From Alkalispirochaeta sp. (GTDB taxonomy: Bacteria > Spirochaetota > Spirochaetia > DSM-27196 > Alkalispirochaetaceae): 64,000 bases of DNA. The notes below the pieces were generated by a model that made no database searches, was not told the DNA's origin, and saw nothing but the letters and a program-made list of their open reading frames with translations. Position 1 is the first letter of the stretch; every line of letters begins with the position of its first letter. The stretch covers positions 1,216,001-1,280,000 of the forward strand of contig OZ271854.1 in the NCBI GenBank assembly GCA_965601925.1, given 5' to 3'. Both the position numbers and the translations under genes were made by a program. This document shows positions 18,853 through 27,901 of the stretch, piece by piece.

Positions 18853-19973
18853 GATTCGGTGCTCCCGCCGGCTGCATAAACTCGCGCCGGACGATCGGGA
18901 AACTCCAGAAAAAACGTGTCGCCGGAGCGCGCTTCCATCGCGTCGTCGGAGACGATGCTTATCCGTTTGTTTTCGTGCCAGACCGTTATGAGCGTCCTAT
19001 CGGCCACCGGCGTCGCCTCGACGAACTCCACCTCCATCTGGTCGGTTCGCTCCCCGTTCGAGCCGGCGGCACCGCCGGCTCCCGACGCTGCGGCACGCAA
19101 CTCCAAGTCGTGGGCGCGGTACATGAGTAGGCACCCTTCCCCTTCTGAGCGCCCCTGTGCCGGTCCGAAGTCGAGCGAACCCGAGCGGTAGCGCCCGTTA
19201 CGCACGGACGCGTTAAAAAGGTTGGCCGGAGGTGTACCGATAAACTGAGCGACAAAGGGTGTCTCCGGGTCGTCAAGGAGCGCCCGGGGCGCCCCGAACT
19301 GCTCGATGTTGCCGTCCTTCATGACGGCGATGTGGGTTGCCATGGTCATCGCTTCGACTTGATCGTGGGTTACATAGACGCTTGTCGACCCCGTCAGGCG
19401 GTGGATTCGCATGAGTTCGGTACGCATTTCCGCCCGCAGCTTGGCATCCAGATTCGAAAGCGGCTCATCGAAGAGGAGAACCTTCGGTTCCGGGGCGATG
19501 GTCCGGGCGATGGCGACCCGCTGCTGCTGCCCTCCGGATATCTCCCCGGGATAACGCCCCGCCAGTGGGAGAATACCGAGAAGATCCAGGACCTCCTTGA
19601 TCCGGGCTCGCCGCCGCCGGGCCGACCATCGTTTCACCTTGAGAGGCCATTCGACATTTGCCCATACCTTCATGTGAGGCCAGAGGGCGTAACTCTGAAA
19701 GACCATCCCCGTGTCGCGTTCCCCGGGTGGGACGACCGTCCCTTTCCTGCCGTCGGCTATGCGATGTCCCGCGAGGTAGATCTCACCGTCGGTCGGCTCC
19801 TCGAGACCCGCGAGCATCCTCAACGTGGTAGTCTTTCCACATCCCGAAGGGCCCAAAAGGGCGAGGAACGCGCCGGGGGGCACCTCGATATCGACGGCAG
19901 ATACGGCCTCCACCTCGCCGAATCGCTTCGTCACCCTATCGAGTCGTATCATCGCACGCTCTGCTTCGCTCAC
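18849..19973 (-). CDS. ABC transporter ATP-binding protein (FbpC/AfuC/PotA type)
   Basis: GPSGCGKTT, FQSYALWPH, ISGGQQQRV and DEPLSNLDAKLR motifs; GTG 19973 has an AAGGA SD. Confidence 0.92.
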   Translation of the reverse strand: MSEAERAMIRLDRVTKRFGEVEAVSAVDIEVPPGAFLALLGPSGCGKTTTLRMLAGLEEPTDGEIYLAGHRIADGRKGTVVPPGERDTGMVFQSYALWPHMKVWANVEWPLKVKRWSARRRRARIKEVLDLLGILPLAGRYPGEISGGQQQRVAIARTIAPEPKVLLFDEPLSNLDAKLRAEMRTELMRIHRLTGSTSVYVTHDQVEAMTMATHIAVMKDGNIEQFGAPRALLDDPETPFVAQFIGTPPANLFNASVRNGRYRSGSLDFGPAQGRSEGEGCLLMYRAHDLELRAAASGAGGAAGSNGERTDQMEVEFVEATPVADRTLITVWHENKRISIVSDDAMEARSGDTFFLEFPDRPARVYAAGGSTES

Positions 19974-20045
19974 TATTTCATCCTTTTTTGCGTTCCCCGT
20001 GCGGCCCGTGGTCTCAGCCCTCAAACCGCGTCCGGGACTACGGGG

Positions 20046-21827
20046 TTATGCGCTCTCGGCCCAGGGCTGGGTAGCTCCTTGGAGCCGGCGCGTCCAGAGG
20101 GTAACGACCACGGATATCGTCGCAATGATCACCGTAATGGCGTTGGCAAACTGGGCAAAGCCCTCGGAACTGTACTGAAAGGCGACGACGCTGAGGACCG
20201 AGTTTACCGGGGTCACCAGGAGGATGACCAGTGAGAGATCGCGAACGATCTTCACAAAGACCAGTACCGCCCCGGCAAAGAGCCCGCGCGCCGCCAAAGG
20301 CAGAACGATACCGACGAGGCGACGGAAGAGCCCGGCGCCGACTACTATCGCAGCCTCCTCGAGTTCCTCGGCTATCTGGCTGACCGTGGCCCGCCCCGCC
20401 TGAGCGGCAAAGGGGAGATTGTAAGCCGCCGCCGCAATGACGAGCAATGTAAAGGTGCCGTAGAGGGATGGGAACGGACCGATCGGACGACCGAACAGCG
20501 CAATGTATGCCGCCCCGAAGGCGATGCCGGGAATGAAGAAGGGGATATAACTAAAAGACTCTATGATTCTGTTTACGGCGCCACGCTTCTCTCGGGCTAC
20601 ATATCCGATGAGCAATCCGACGAGCGAGGCCGCCAACGCCACCGACAGGCCAAGGCCTATCGTATTGAATGCGGCGAACGCCACTTGGGGATTGCGCAGC
20701 ACCCCCTCCTGCCCCTGGGCGATCGACGGGTTCGCGCGACCGATCCAATAGTGGAGCGTCAGCCCCCCGGTAAAGGAGCCCGTGCGGCGCGTCAGGCTGG
20801 AGCCGATGAGCGCCAGCAGGGGCAACACGGTGGTAGCAAAGCAGATCGACCCCGATAGAAGAAGGAGCGGCCACTTGGCGGCTCCGAGGGCTTGTCGCTT
20901 TCGTCTTCCCGCTTTCCCGGTCAGGGTCGCAAAGGAGCGCCGCCCCCCTATCAGGCGCGTGTTGAACCACAGGAGGAGCGCGGCAATGAGGATCAAAATG
21001 ACGGTGAGTACAAATCCGCGCTCGGTCTGGCCGATGCGAATCATGCCGAAAATGCGCGTCGAGAGTACCTCAAAGCGCACCGGAAGGCCGAGGATAGCCG
21101 GTGCGGCAAAGTTGCTGACGCCGTTTCCAAAGGAGAGGAGAATCGAGGACATGACCGCCGGGGTAACGACCCGAAAGGTGATATCCTTCAGAACTCGAGC
21201 CTTACCGGCGCCGGTCATCGCCGCCGCCTCCAGGAGCTCGGAGTTTATCGATGCAAGGGCGGCGCTGATGAGCATGAAACCCAACGAGAAGTAGTGGATG
21301 CTCAGCACGATGGTAACCGGCACAAATCCCCAGGCGAGCCAGTCGGGCACGGCAAAGCCGAGTTCCTGGAAGAGGCCGACGCGCCCGCCGAGGCGGTCGT
21401 TCTGAAAGAGGGTTTGCCACGCCAGGGCGATCGCGAAGCTCGGAATGATGTAGGGAATCGACGCCAACGCGCCGATGATGCGGCGACCGGGCATGTCGGT
21501 CATTACCACCAGCCAGGCGAGAAGACCGCCGACAACGACGGTAAAAAGGGCGACGAGCGCCCCGACGGCAACGGTATTGCGAAGGGGCTCCCAAAGGAGG
21601 TTCGGCGCGAGACGCCCGCGGACGACGTCACTCCACGCCTCTCGCCCTTCGGATCCCAGGGTCGTAAGGAGCAGCCGCAGAAGGGGCGTTACGACCAGAA
21701 GTACCAAAAAGGCGAGGAGGATCAGGCGAATGATGTCGGCGGCAGCTACTCGCTTGAGGGAGAGATAGCGAGGGGAGTGTCCATGGTCGAGCGTCTCGTG
21801 CACGTCGGGGCCTTTCTCGGGACGCAA
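20046..21827 (-). CDS. ABC transporter permease, FbpB/AfuB type (two BPD_transp_1 domains)
   Basis: Two EAA loops (LLEAAAMTGA, LEEAAIVVGA); about 12 TM segments. Start uncertain (21827 or 21803). Confidence 0.9.
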   Translation of the reverse strand: MRPEKGPDVHETLDHGHSPRYLSLKRVAAADIIRLILLAFLVLLVVTPLLRLLLTTLGSEGREAWSDVVRGRLAPNLLWEPLRNTVAVGALVALFTVVVGGLLAWLVVMTDMPGRRIIGALASIPYIIPSFAIALAWQTLFQNDRLGGRVGLFQELGFAVPDWLAWGFVPVTIVLSIHYFSLGFMLISAALASINSELLEAAAMTGAGKARVLKDITFRVVTPAVMSSILLSFGNGVSNFAAPAILGLPVRFEVLSTRIFGMIRIGQTERGFVLTVILILIAALLLWFNTRLIGGRRSFATLTGKAGRRKRQALGAAKWPLLLLSGSICFATTVLPLLALIGSSLTRRTGSFTGGLTLHYWIGRANPSIAQGQEGVLRNPQVAFAAFNTIGLGLSVALAASLVGLLIGYVAREKRGAVNRIIESFSYIPFFIPGIAFGAAYIALFGRPIGPFPSLYGTFTLLVIAAAAYNLPFAAQAGRATVSQIAEELEEAAIVVGAGLFRRLVGIVLPLAARGLFAGAVLVFVKIVRDLSLVILLVTPVNSVLSVVAFQYSSEGFAQFANAITVIIATISVVVTLWTRRLQGATQPWAESA

Positions 21828-21902
21828 CGACGTCCCGTCGGACGGTGAAAAGAGGTAGAAGCGTAGGGCGCCTCCACCTCGTTACGCGGAATAGACCAAC
21901 AT

Positions 21903-23063
21903 CTACTTGAGCGAGAGAATCAAATCCGCCACGTCGTTGCGGATCGTCAACGTCTCTTCGGCATCGACGAACCACGCTCGGAACTCTTCCAGGGGAATCG
22001 CGTCGGGATGGGGCTCGATGTCGGTGCGTGTCGCGTAGTCGCCGGGGACGTAAAAGGGAGCGAATCCCGGACCGCCGTCGGGACTCTCGTCTCCCATGAT
22101 GAAATGGATGAAGAGCCGCGCGGCGGCGGGATTCCGGGCACCGTCAACGAGGCCGAGGGAGGCGGGGAAGTAGATGCCCGGCGACGGCTCGACGTCATTA
22201 GCTATCTGAAGCGCCCCCCCCTCTTCCTCGTTGTCCCGCCGGTCTGAGTATGACGTAAAACCGAGGGGAGGACTGCTCTGACCGACGGCACCCACGGCGG
22301 CGTTCACGTCGTCCGTGTCGCCGACGAGGATCAAATCATTGGCAAAGAGGTCGTGAATGAACTGCTCTCCGGCACTCGAAATGCCGTCGTCGAGGGCGAC
22401 GACCGAGCCGAAGTAATCCTCATAGGCCTCTTCCATGGCGTCGGATTGGAGGACGATCTCGGTCATGAGGTCGAGGTAGTCTCCGCGAATGAGGGGATCG
22501 ACCATGAGGACACGCCCCCGCCACTCGTCGGTGGTCAACGCCCAGAGGTTGTCTATCGGAGGGCCGGCGGGATGAGCCTCTTCATTGTACATCAGCACCT
22601 TCGTGGAGAGGCGGTTTGCCAACAGCGGATCCCGGAACTGCGTGGGTACCCGATCGGCAAACTGGGGCGGTATGTAACGCTCCAGGATACCTTCCTGAAC
22701 GAGCTCTCCGAAGACGACCGGCGCATCGGAGATATATGAGACGTCCGCTTGCACGTTTCGTGCCTGGTGTTCCGCCTGGAGACGGGCTATCTGCTCCGTC
22801 GAGGAGATATCAAAGCCGATGAGGTCGATTGCGGGGTACGCCTCCTCGAAAGCGGTCTCGACCCGGGCGATACGGCTGGTGAAGGAGTAGACGACTACCT
22901 CGCCCTCCTCCTCAGCGGCGGCGATAAGGGCGTCGAGATCCTCCCCGCTCAAGAGTACGTCGTCTTGGACGGCGGACGACGATCCATCCTCTTGCCCTCC
23001 TCCGGCAAAGCTGAGCGAGGTTACAATCACTCCGATAGCAATAGCGAACAACAGGTGTTTCAC
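21903..23063 (-). CDS. ABC substrate-binding protein, FbpA/AfuA (cluster D) type
   Basis: Signal ...SFAGGGQE; AAEEEGEVVVYS, LTTDEWRGRVLMVDP and ARNPAAARLFIHF motifs; SD AGGAGG. Confidence 0.88.
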   Translation of the reverse strand: MKHLLFAIAIGVIVTSLSFAGGGQEDGSSSAVQDDVLLSGEDLDALIAAAEEEGEVVVYSFTSRIARVETAFEEAYPAIDLIGFDISSTEQIARLQAEHQARNVQADVSYISDAPVVFGELVQEGILERYIPPQFADRVPTQFRDPLLANRLSTKVLMYNEEAHPAGPPIDNLWALTTDEWRGRVLMVDPLIRGDYLDLMTEIVLQSDAMEEAYEDYFGSVVALDDGISSAGEQFIHDLFANDLILVGDTDDVNAAVGAVGQSSPPLGFTSYSDRRDNEEEGGALQIANDVEPSPGIYFPASLGLVDGARNPAAARLFIHFIMGDESPDGGPGFAPFYVPGDYATRTDIEPHPDAIPLEEFRAWFVDAEETLTIRNDVADLILSLK

Positions 23064-23426
23064 GGTCTCCTCCTAAGAAAACTTCATATGGTTAACGGCA
23101 TTCGGCGGATTAAAAGCACATAAGTATTAGATTTGTATGAAAAATTATGCACCATGAATCCTCAGTCGCCGTCGAAAGGTGGATTGCCGCGAGGATTGAC
23201 CGGCGCCGGACACCCAGGCGAGACGGATTGTAAGACGGGAACCGCATCGGCCTCCTCCAACTTCGTCGTCCATGGCGTGGGCGAACACCGCAGCGCTATG
23301 AGTCCGTGCGGTGTGAGACCTGTGTGTGAACGCATATCTCGCGCGAGATGGGCTTGATCGACTCAGTGCAATCCGGCGGCGGCCCGCAAGGTTGCGCGGC
23401 TTCGCTCACGGAGCGTTACGACCGAT

Positions 23427-23783
23427 CTATCGGTACTGATTCAGTTCGGTTTCCCATTCGTGATAGTCACTTACAAGAATCCGAAACGTTTCACCGTGTG
23501 TGTTCGTGACTTCGAGAACGGAGTCCTGACGCCCGTGTTTTCCTTGTGCGATCGTTGCAATCTGGTCGAGCCTCCAGAGAAAGCCCAAGTCTTTTTTTTC
23601 CACCAGGCGCTTGTTGAGGAGGTTGACGATAAGCCCCATTCCCTTGACTCCCACCTTATGCGACTCCAGGCGTAGGTGTGTGGGTGTGAGAGACAGCCGT
23701 CCGGGGTATGCGACCATCTTCGTCTTCAGGTGCATCACCTTCTCTTCTCGGATAACGGTTTCATTCATCGATGGTTCGTCCAT
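23427..23783 (-). CDS. Small PH/GRAM-like domain protein (118 aa)
   Basis: ATG 23783 with AAGGA SD; GRLSLTPTHLRLESH...RLDQIATI...LEVTNTHGETFRILV...WETELN matches the pattern of bacterial PH/GRAM folds. Fold call is an inference. Confidence 0.65.
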   Translation of the reverse strand: MDEPSMNETVIREEKVMHLKTKMVAYPGRLSLTPTHLRLESHKVGVKGMGLIVNLLNKRLVEKKDLGFLWRLDQIATIAQGKHGRQDSVLEVTNTHGETFRILVSDYHEWETELNQYR

Positions 23784-23994
23784 AACTGATCCGTCCTTTT
23801 TATACGTTGTTGCTTCGTATTTCACCGGATGACGCGGTTCAGTTTCATGGTAACCGCAACTATCCTCCCAGTACAGGCTTCTCATGACGCACGAGACACA
23901 ATAGCCGACTTCGGTACCGGAACGGAACGCGCCGGGCGGTTCGTGACGCCTCAGTGCTACTGACCGTCTCGTTTCGAAACGGACGGGGAAACAC

Positions 23995-24023
23995 TTGACC
24001 GCGCTGCCGATTACGCATATATA
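23995..24023 (+). promoter_or_regulatory. Putative sigma70 promoter of the attenuated ABC operon
   Basis: TTGACC (23995-24000) - 17 bp - TATATA (24018-24023); predicted +1 coincides with the uORF ATG at 24030. Confidence 0.55.
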
Positions 24024-24029
24024 CATACT

Positions 24030-24107
24030 ATGATATCAATTCTTACCGCGCTACAGCCGACGAACTCGTGTGTCGTAGTCGTCTCTCCCGGGAGAGTAGT
24101 GGGGTAA
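24030..24107 (+). CDS. Putative attenuator leader peptide, 25 aa (MISILTALQPTNSCVVVVSPGRVVG)
   Basis: ATG 24030 to TAA 24105-24107; six Val codons, four of them consecutive; the stop overlaps the antiterminator strand. Confidence 0.65.
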   Translation: MISILTALQPTNSCVVVVSPGRVVG

Positions 24108-24131
24108 GGTCTATTCCGGTTTGCACAATGC

Positions 24132-24162
24132 GCCCGCGGGACCTGACCCGCGGGCTTTTTTT
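24132..24162 (+). terminator. Intrinsic terminator (attenuator) in the 5' leader of the ABC operon
   Basis: Perfect 9-bp stem GCCCGCGGG/CCCGCGGGC, 6-nt loop and T7 tract, 45 nt upstream of the ATPase start. Confidence 0.88.
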
Positions 24163-24207
24163 ATACCCGCGAGTCGTCCACGGTCGCCGGCCTAAGAGGA
24201 GGAGCGT

Positions 24208-25323
24208 ATGGAACCGATCGTCCACGTCCGGGGACTCACCAAGCACTTTCGAATCAAGACAAAGGAACCGGGATTCGCTGCAAGCGTGCGAAGCGTCGTG
24301 CGCCCGACCTACCGCACGGTGAAGGCGGTGCAAGGAATCGATTTTGCCATTCAACCCGGAGAGGTTCTCGCCTTTATCGGCCCCAACGGTGCGGGCAAGT
24401 CGACGACGATCAAACTCATCACCGGTATTCTCCACCCCGACGGCGGTACGGTCACCGTGCTGGGACTGGATCCGCATAAGGCGCGTAAAGCCCTTGCATA
24501 CCGCATCGGAACCGTCTTCGGCCAAAAAAGCCAGCTCTGGTTCCACCTTCCCCCGACCGATTCGTTTCATCTTCTCGGGACGATCTACGATATGAGCCCC
24601 ATCGAGACGCGAAAGCGCATGGACTTTCTCATCGAAGTCTTCGAGCTCCGCGAGTTCATGGATCAACCGGTGCGCAAGCTCTCTTTGGGCCAAAGAATAC
24701 GGTGCGAGATGGCGGCATCGCTCATCCACCGACCGCAGATACTCTTTCTCGACGAACCGAGCATCGGGCTGGACGTGGTCGTCAAACAGCGTATCCGCGA
24801 CCTCATCGGTCGCATCAATACGGAGGAGGGCGTGACGATCTTTCTTACCTCCCACGACGCAGGCGACATCGAGAAGATCTGTCGGCGTGCCATGGTCATC
24901 AACCACGGTGGAATCGTCTGGGACGGGACGGTCAAGGCGATGAAGTACTCGCTCCTTAACAAGCGTATCGTCGACGTAAAGATGGACGGCCCGGCGCGAG
25001 TCGAAATATCGGGAGTTACCGAACTCAAGCGGAAGGAGCACTCCCTCAAACTCGAGGTTGACCTCTCGGTCGCGTCCACTGAGACGGTTATATCGGCGTT
25101 AATGCGTCAGTCGAGTATTCGCGACATCACGATCTCCTCCACACCCATGGAGGAGGTCATCGCTCACATCTACGAGCGGAGCGCGAAGGGGGCGGTGGAA
25201 GATTCGACGGCTCGTGGGAGCGGTGAGTCCACCTACGGCGTCGGCGGTGGGCCGCGTGCGCCCCGGTCCGATGTCGATACGACGAAGGAAAACAGCACCG
25301 GAGGTTCCCATGGCGCTCCGTAA
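24208..25323 (+). CDS. ABC-2 type exporter ATP-binding protein (DrrA-like)
   Basis: GPNGAGKST, FGQKSQLW, LSLGQRIR, DEPSIGLD and TSHD motifs; strong SD GAGGAGG. Confidence 0.93.
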   Translation: MEPIVHVRGLTKHFRIKTKEPGFAASVRSVVRPTYRTVKAVQGIDFAIQPGEVLAFIGPNGAGKSTTIKLITGILHPDGGTVTVLGLDPHKARKALAYRIGTVFGQKSQLWFHLPPTDSFHLLGTIYDMSPIETRKRMDFLIEVFELREFMDQPVRKLSLGQRIRCEMAASLIHRPQILFLDEPSIGLDVVVKQRIRDLIGRINTEEGVTIFLTSHDAGDIEKICRRAMVINHGGIVWDGTVKAMKYSLLNKRIVDVKMDGPARVEISGVTELKRKEHSLKLEVDLSVASTETVISALMRQSSIRDITISSTPMEEVIAHIYERSAKGAVEDSTARGSGESTYGVGGGPRAPRSDVDTTKENSTGGSHGAP

Positions 25324-26098
25324 ATACGCGACGATCTTCGCGGTGGCGAGCCGCGATCAATGGATCTATCTCCCGGCCTTTTTGGCGCGTAACATCTTTT
25401 TCGTGATCATCCTCTTCATCTTCTTCTCCCTGTGGCGCGTTATCTTCCGCGAGGAGAACACGATTGCCCAGTTCACGATGACGCAACTGCTGTGGTATCT
25501 CACCTTCACTGAGGCGATAGAACTCTCCCAGACGCGCATCTTCGCGCCCATATCCGAAGAAGTGAAGGACGGTACCGTCGCCTACTCCCTCGGAAGACCG
25601 TACTCCTACGTGCTGTACTGGATCAGCCGCGCCATGGGAGAGAATCTCGTCAAAGCGCTGCCGCTTTTGGTGGTGGGTGCCGTTGTCGCCACGCTCATGG
25701 TCGGGCCCCTCCCGGGCTATTTTCGGGCGTTGCCTTTCGCGCTCGTCACGATCATGGGCGGCATTCTCATCGGGACGACGCTTCAAACGATCATCGGCCT
25801 TCTGGCCTTTCGATTCGAGGAGGTGATGCCCTTTTGGTGGATCATCCAGAAGCTGATCTTCGTAATCGGTGGGCTGTTCATCCCGATCGACCTTTACCCG
25901 CCGCGGCTTGCGCGCATCGCACGATTGACGCCGTTCTCGTTCGCCGCGTACTGGCCCGCCTCGACGTGGGTCGACTTCAGTTGGGGACGCCTCATGACGA
26001 CCGTCGCCGGCCAAGCGTTCTACGTCGGTCTCTTCGCATTGATCGCGGCACTGCTCTTTCGCTCCGGCGTCCGCTCGCTTCACGTACAGGGAGGATAA
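25310..26098 (+). CDS. ABC-2 family permease (ABC2_membrane_6/DUF990-like)
   Basis: ATG 25310 after GGAGG; about 6 TM segments; ISEEVKDGTVAYSLGRP motif. Confidence 0.85.
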   Translation: MALRKYATIFAVASRDQWIYLPAFLARNIFFVIILFIFFSLWRVIFREENTIAQFTMTQLLWYLTFTEAIELSQTRIFAPISEEVKDGTVAYSLGRPYSYVLYWISRAMGENLVKALPLLVVGAVVATLMVGPLPGYFRALPFALVTIMGGILIGTTLQTIIGLLAFRFEEVMPFWWIIQKLIFVIGGLFIPIDLYPPRLARIARLTPFSFAAYWPASTWVDFSWGRLMTTVAGQAFYVGLFALIAALLFRSGVRSLHVQGG

Positions 26099-26099
26099 C

Positions 26100-26918
26100 A
26101 TGCATGGAATCGACGGTCCGCGCCCGCGCCGAGGCGGAATGGCGAGGTTGGCGCTCCACTATTTTCGATTCAATCTCAGCGCCAACATGGCCTACTCGAC
26201 GAGTTTTCTCGTCCAGGTCTTCGGAATGGCTCTCAACAACGGTGCATTCATCATTTTCTGGTTGGTACTCTTCGAGCGAATCGGCGGCGATATTGCCGGC
26301 TACGGCTTTCAGGAGGTGATGTTTCTATGGTCTCTCGCCGCCGCGGGATTCGGCCTGAGTGTCGTCGTCTTCGGTAACACCCACCAGCTGTCGCGGATCA
26401 TTTACTCCGGCGAGCTCGACGTCTATCTCCTGCAGCCCAAGCCGATCCCCCCCAATGTGCTCATGAGCCGGATGGTCGTCGCCGGTTGGGGCGATCTCCT
26501 CTACGGCGCCGTACTCTTCGTCGCCACTCAGCCGATTACGCCGCGAGGCGTGGTTCTCTTCACACTCTTCTGTGTACTCATGACGTTGGTGGTGACGGCG
26601 GTGCGCGTCTTCTATCACTGCCTTACGTTCTACGCGGGTAACGCCGAAGGGTTTGCCGGCCTCGCCGGCGAGATGGTCATCAGTTTTATGCTGTATCCTG
26701 GCTCGATCTTTCGCGGCCCCGCCTCCTGGGTCCTGCACTCCCTCATCCCGGCGGCTCTCGTCGCCTACATTCCGGCGCGGATCTTTCAGGAGTTCGATCT
26801 TACGTTGCTTCTTGTCGTTCTCGCGGCCGACGCGGCCATCATCGCAGTCGCACTGGTGATGTTCCGCCTCGGCCTCAGGCGCTACGAGAGCGGCAACCTC
26901 ATCGGTACGCGCATGTAA
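26100..26918 (+). CDS. ABC-2 family permease (ABC2_membrane_6/DUF990-like)
   Basis: About 6 TM segments; IYSGELDVYLLQPKP, YPGSIF and GLRRYESG motifs. Confidence 0.87.
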   Translation: MHGIDGPRPRRGGMARLALHYFRFNLSANMAYSTSFLVQVFGMALNNGAFIIFWLVLFERIGGDIAGYGFQEVMFLWSLAAAGFGLSVVVFGNTHQLSRIIYSGELDVYLLQPKPIPPNVLMSRMVVAGWGDLLYGAVLFVATQPITPRGVVLFTLFCVLMTLVVTAVRVFYHCLTFYAGNAEGFAGLAGEMVISFMLYPGSIFRGPASWVLHSLIPAALVAYIPARIFQEFDLTLLLVVLAADAAIIAVALVMFRLGLRRYESGNLIGTRM

Positions 26919-27024
26919 TAGAGGCACGCCGGAACGGCTCGACGCGCACAGTCCGGTGGAACCGGAGTCGAGTCCGCCGATCGAGGGAAGCGAGGGTACG
27001 GTCGTATCGCGTACGATAGACGCC

Positions 27025-27468
27025 TCACCGTCGTCGCGTTACGCGCCGCTTATCCCGATGATAGGTCAACGCCGCAGCGACCAGCTCTCGTATCTCAGCT
27101 ACCGGGAGCGTGTCGTCGACGCCGAAAAGGACGCCTCGATTTCCGTCGTAGACAAAACGGTCGGCGTGCTGATCACGAAAGGTCGGGATGAGGGTCGTTC
27201 GGCAGTGCACGTAGAGGCCGTACCGATCGTGCGAGGCGGCGGGGCGTCCGATTCGTACCGTCGTGCCGACCCGTGATCTCATCGGTAGATAGCTCGGCTC
27301 GCCCCACTTGAGTGTCTCCCTTAGCCCGCCGACTTCCGGTATGCCCGAGGCCACGTCGAACAAGAGCCCACGGAGCGACAAGAGCCGAGCCCCGATCTCG
27401 CCGGGATACGCGGCGAAGACCGCCGCTACGGCCGACTCCTGAAAGGCGATCGCTCCCGAACCGCTCAC
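27025..27468 (-). CDS. DUF1801 (YdhG-like) domain protein
   Basis: VFAAYP...LRETLKWGEPSY...GTTVRI...HCRTTLI...ALTYH. GTG 27468 has a GGAG SD; the ORF track extends to 27510. Confidence 0.85.
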   Translation of the reverse strand: MSGSGAIAFQESAVAAVFAAYPGEIGARLLSLRGLLFDVASGIPEVGGLRETLKWGEPSYLPMRSRVGTTVRIGRPAASHDRYGLYVHCRTTLIPTFRDQHADRFVYDGNRGVLFGVDDTLPVAEIRELVAAALTYHRDKRRVTRRR

Positions 27469-27901
27469 CGATACAACTCCGGCGGGCATATCGAAGGGAG
27501 TGTTGTCCAAGTCGGCGGCGTCTTCGACGCACGCCTCGATGTCGGCAATACGGCACTACCGCGCGTGATGCCGCTGTGACTCTCTTGCGTGCGATTCATC
27601 GATCTTCCTACTCCCTGATATATATAATACAGCCGCCGCCCTGCGGCGGGTTTGATATAATGTGCGCACCGTTCCGAAGGCGACCCGCTTCGGCCGGCGG
27701 ATACGCTACGTTTCGTGCCGCGGATGAGCCATCCGATATTCGTATCGGATTCGGTCGACGAGGCGTGGAGACTGGGTGCGCTCCTCGTCGAGAGCTGACA
27801 CCGCTTGCGCCATGCACCGTGCGTGAGGCAACGATACCGCCGGGCGACAAATCGTTCGGGCCCAGGGTCGCGGCGTCGGTACTGGGCGCGCCCGATGCTA
27901 T

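Noticed and set aside
23133..23357. 74-aa ORF divergent from the SBP gene
   Set aside because: No SD, no motif, and it overlaps the AT-rich promoter region; it may be debris but cannot be supported.
24085..24150. GGGAGAGTAG...GACC resembling a yybP-ykoY (Mn2+) or glycine riboswitch, or a T-box
   Set aside because: The other conserved elements of those families are missing; the uORF and three alternative helices explain the sequence better.
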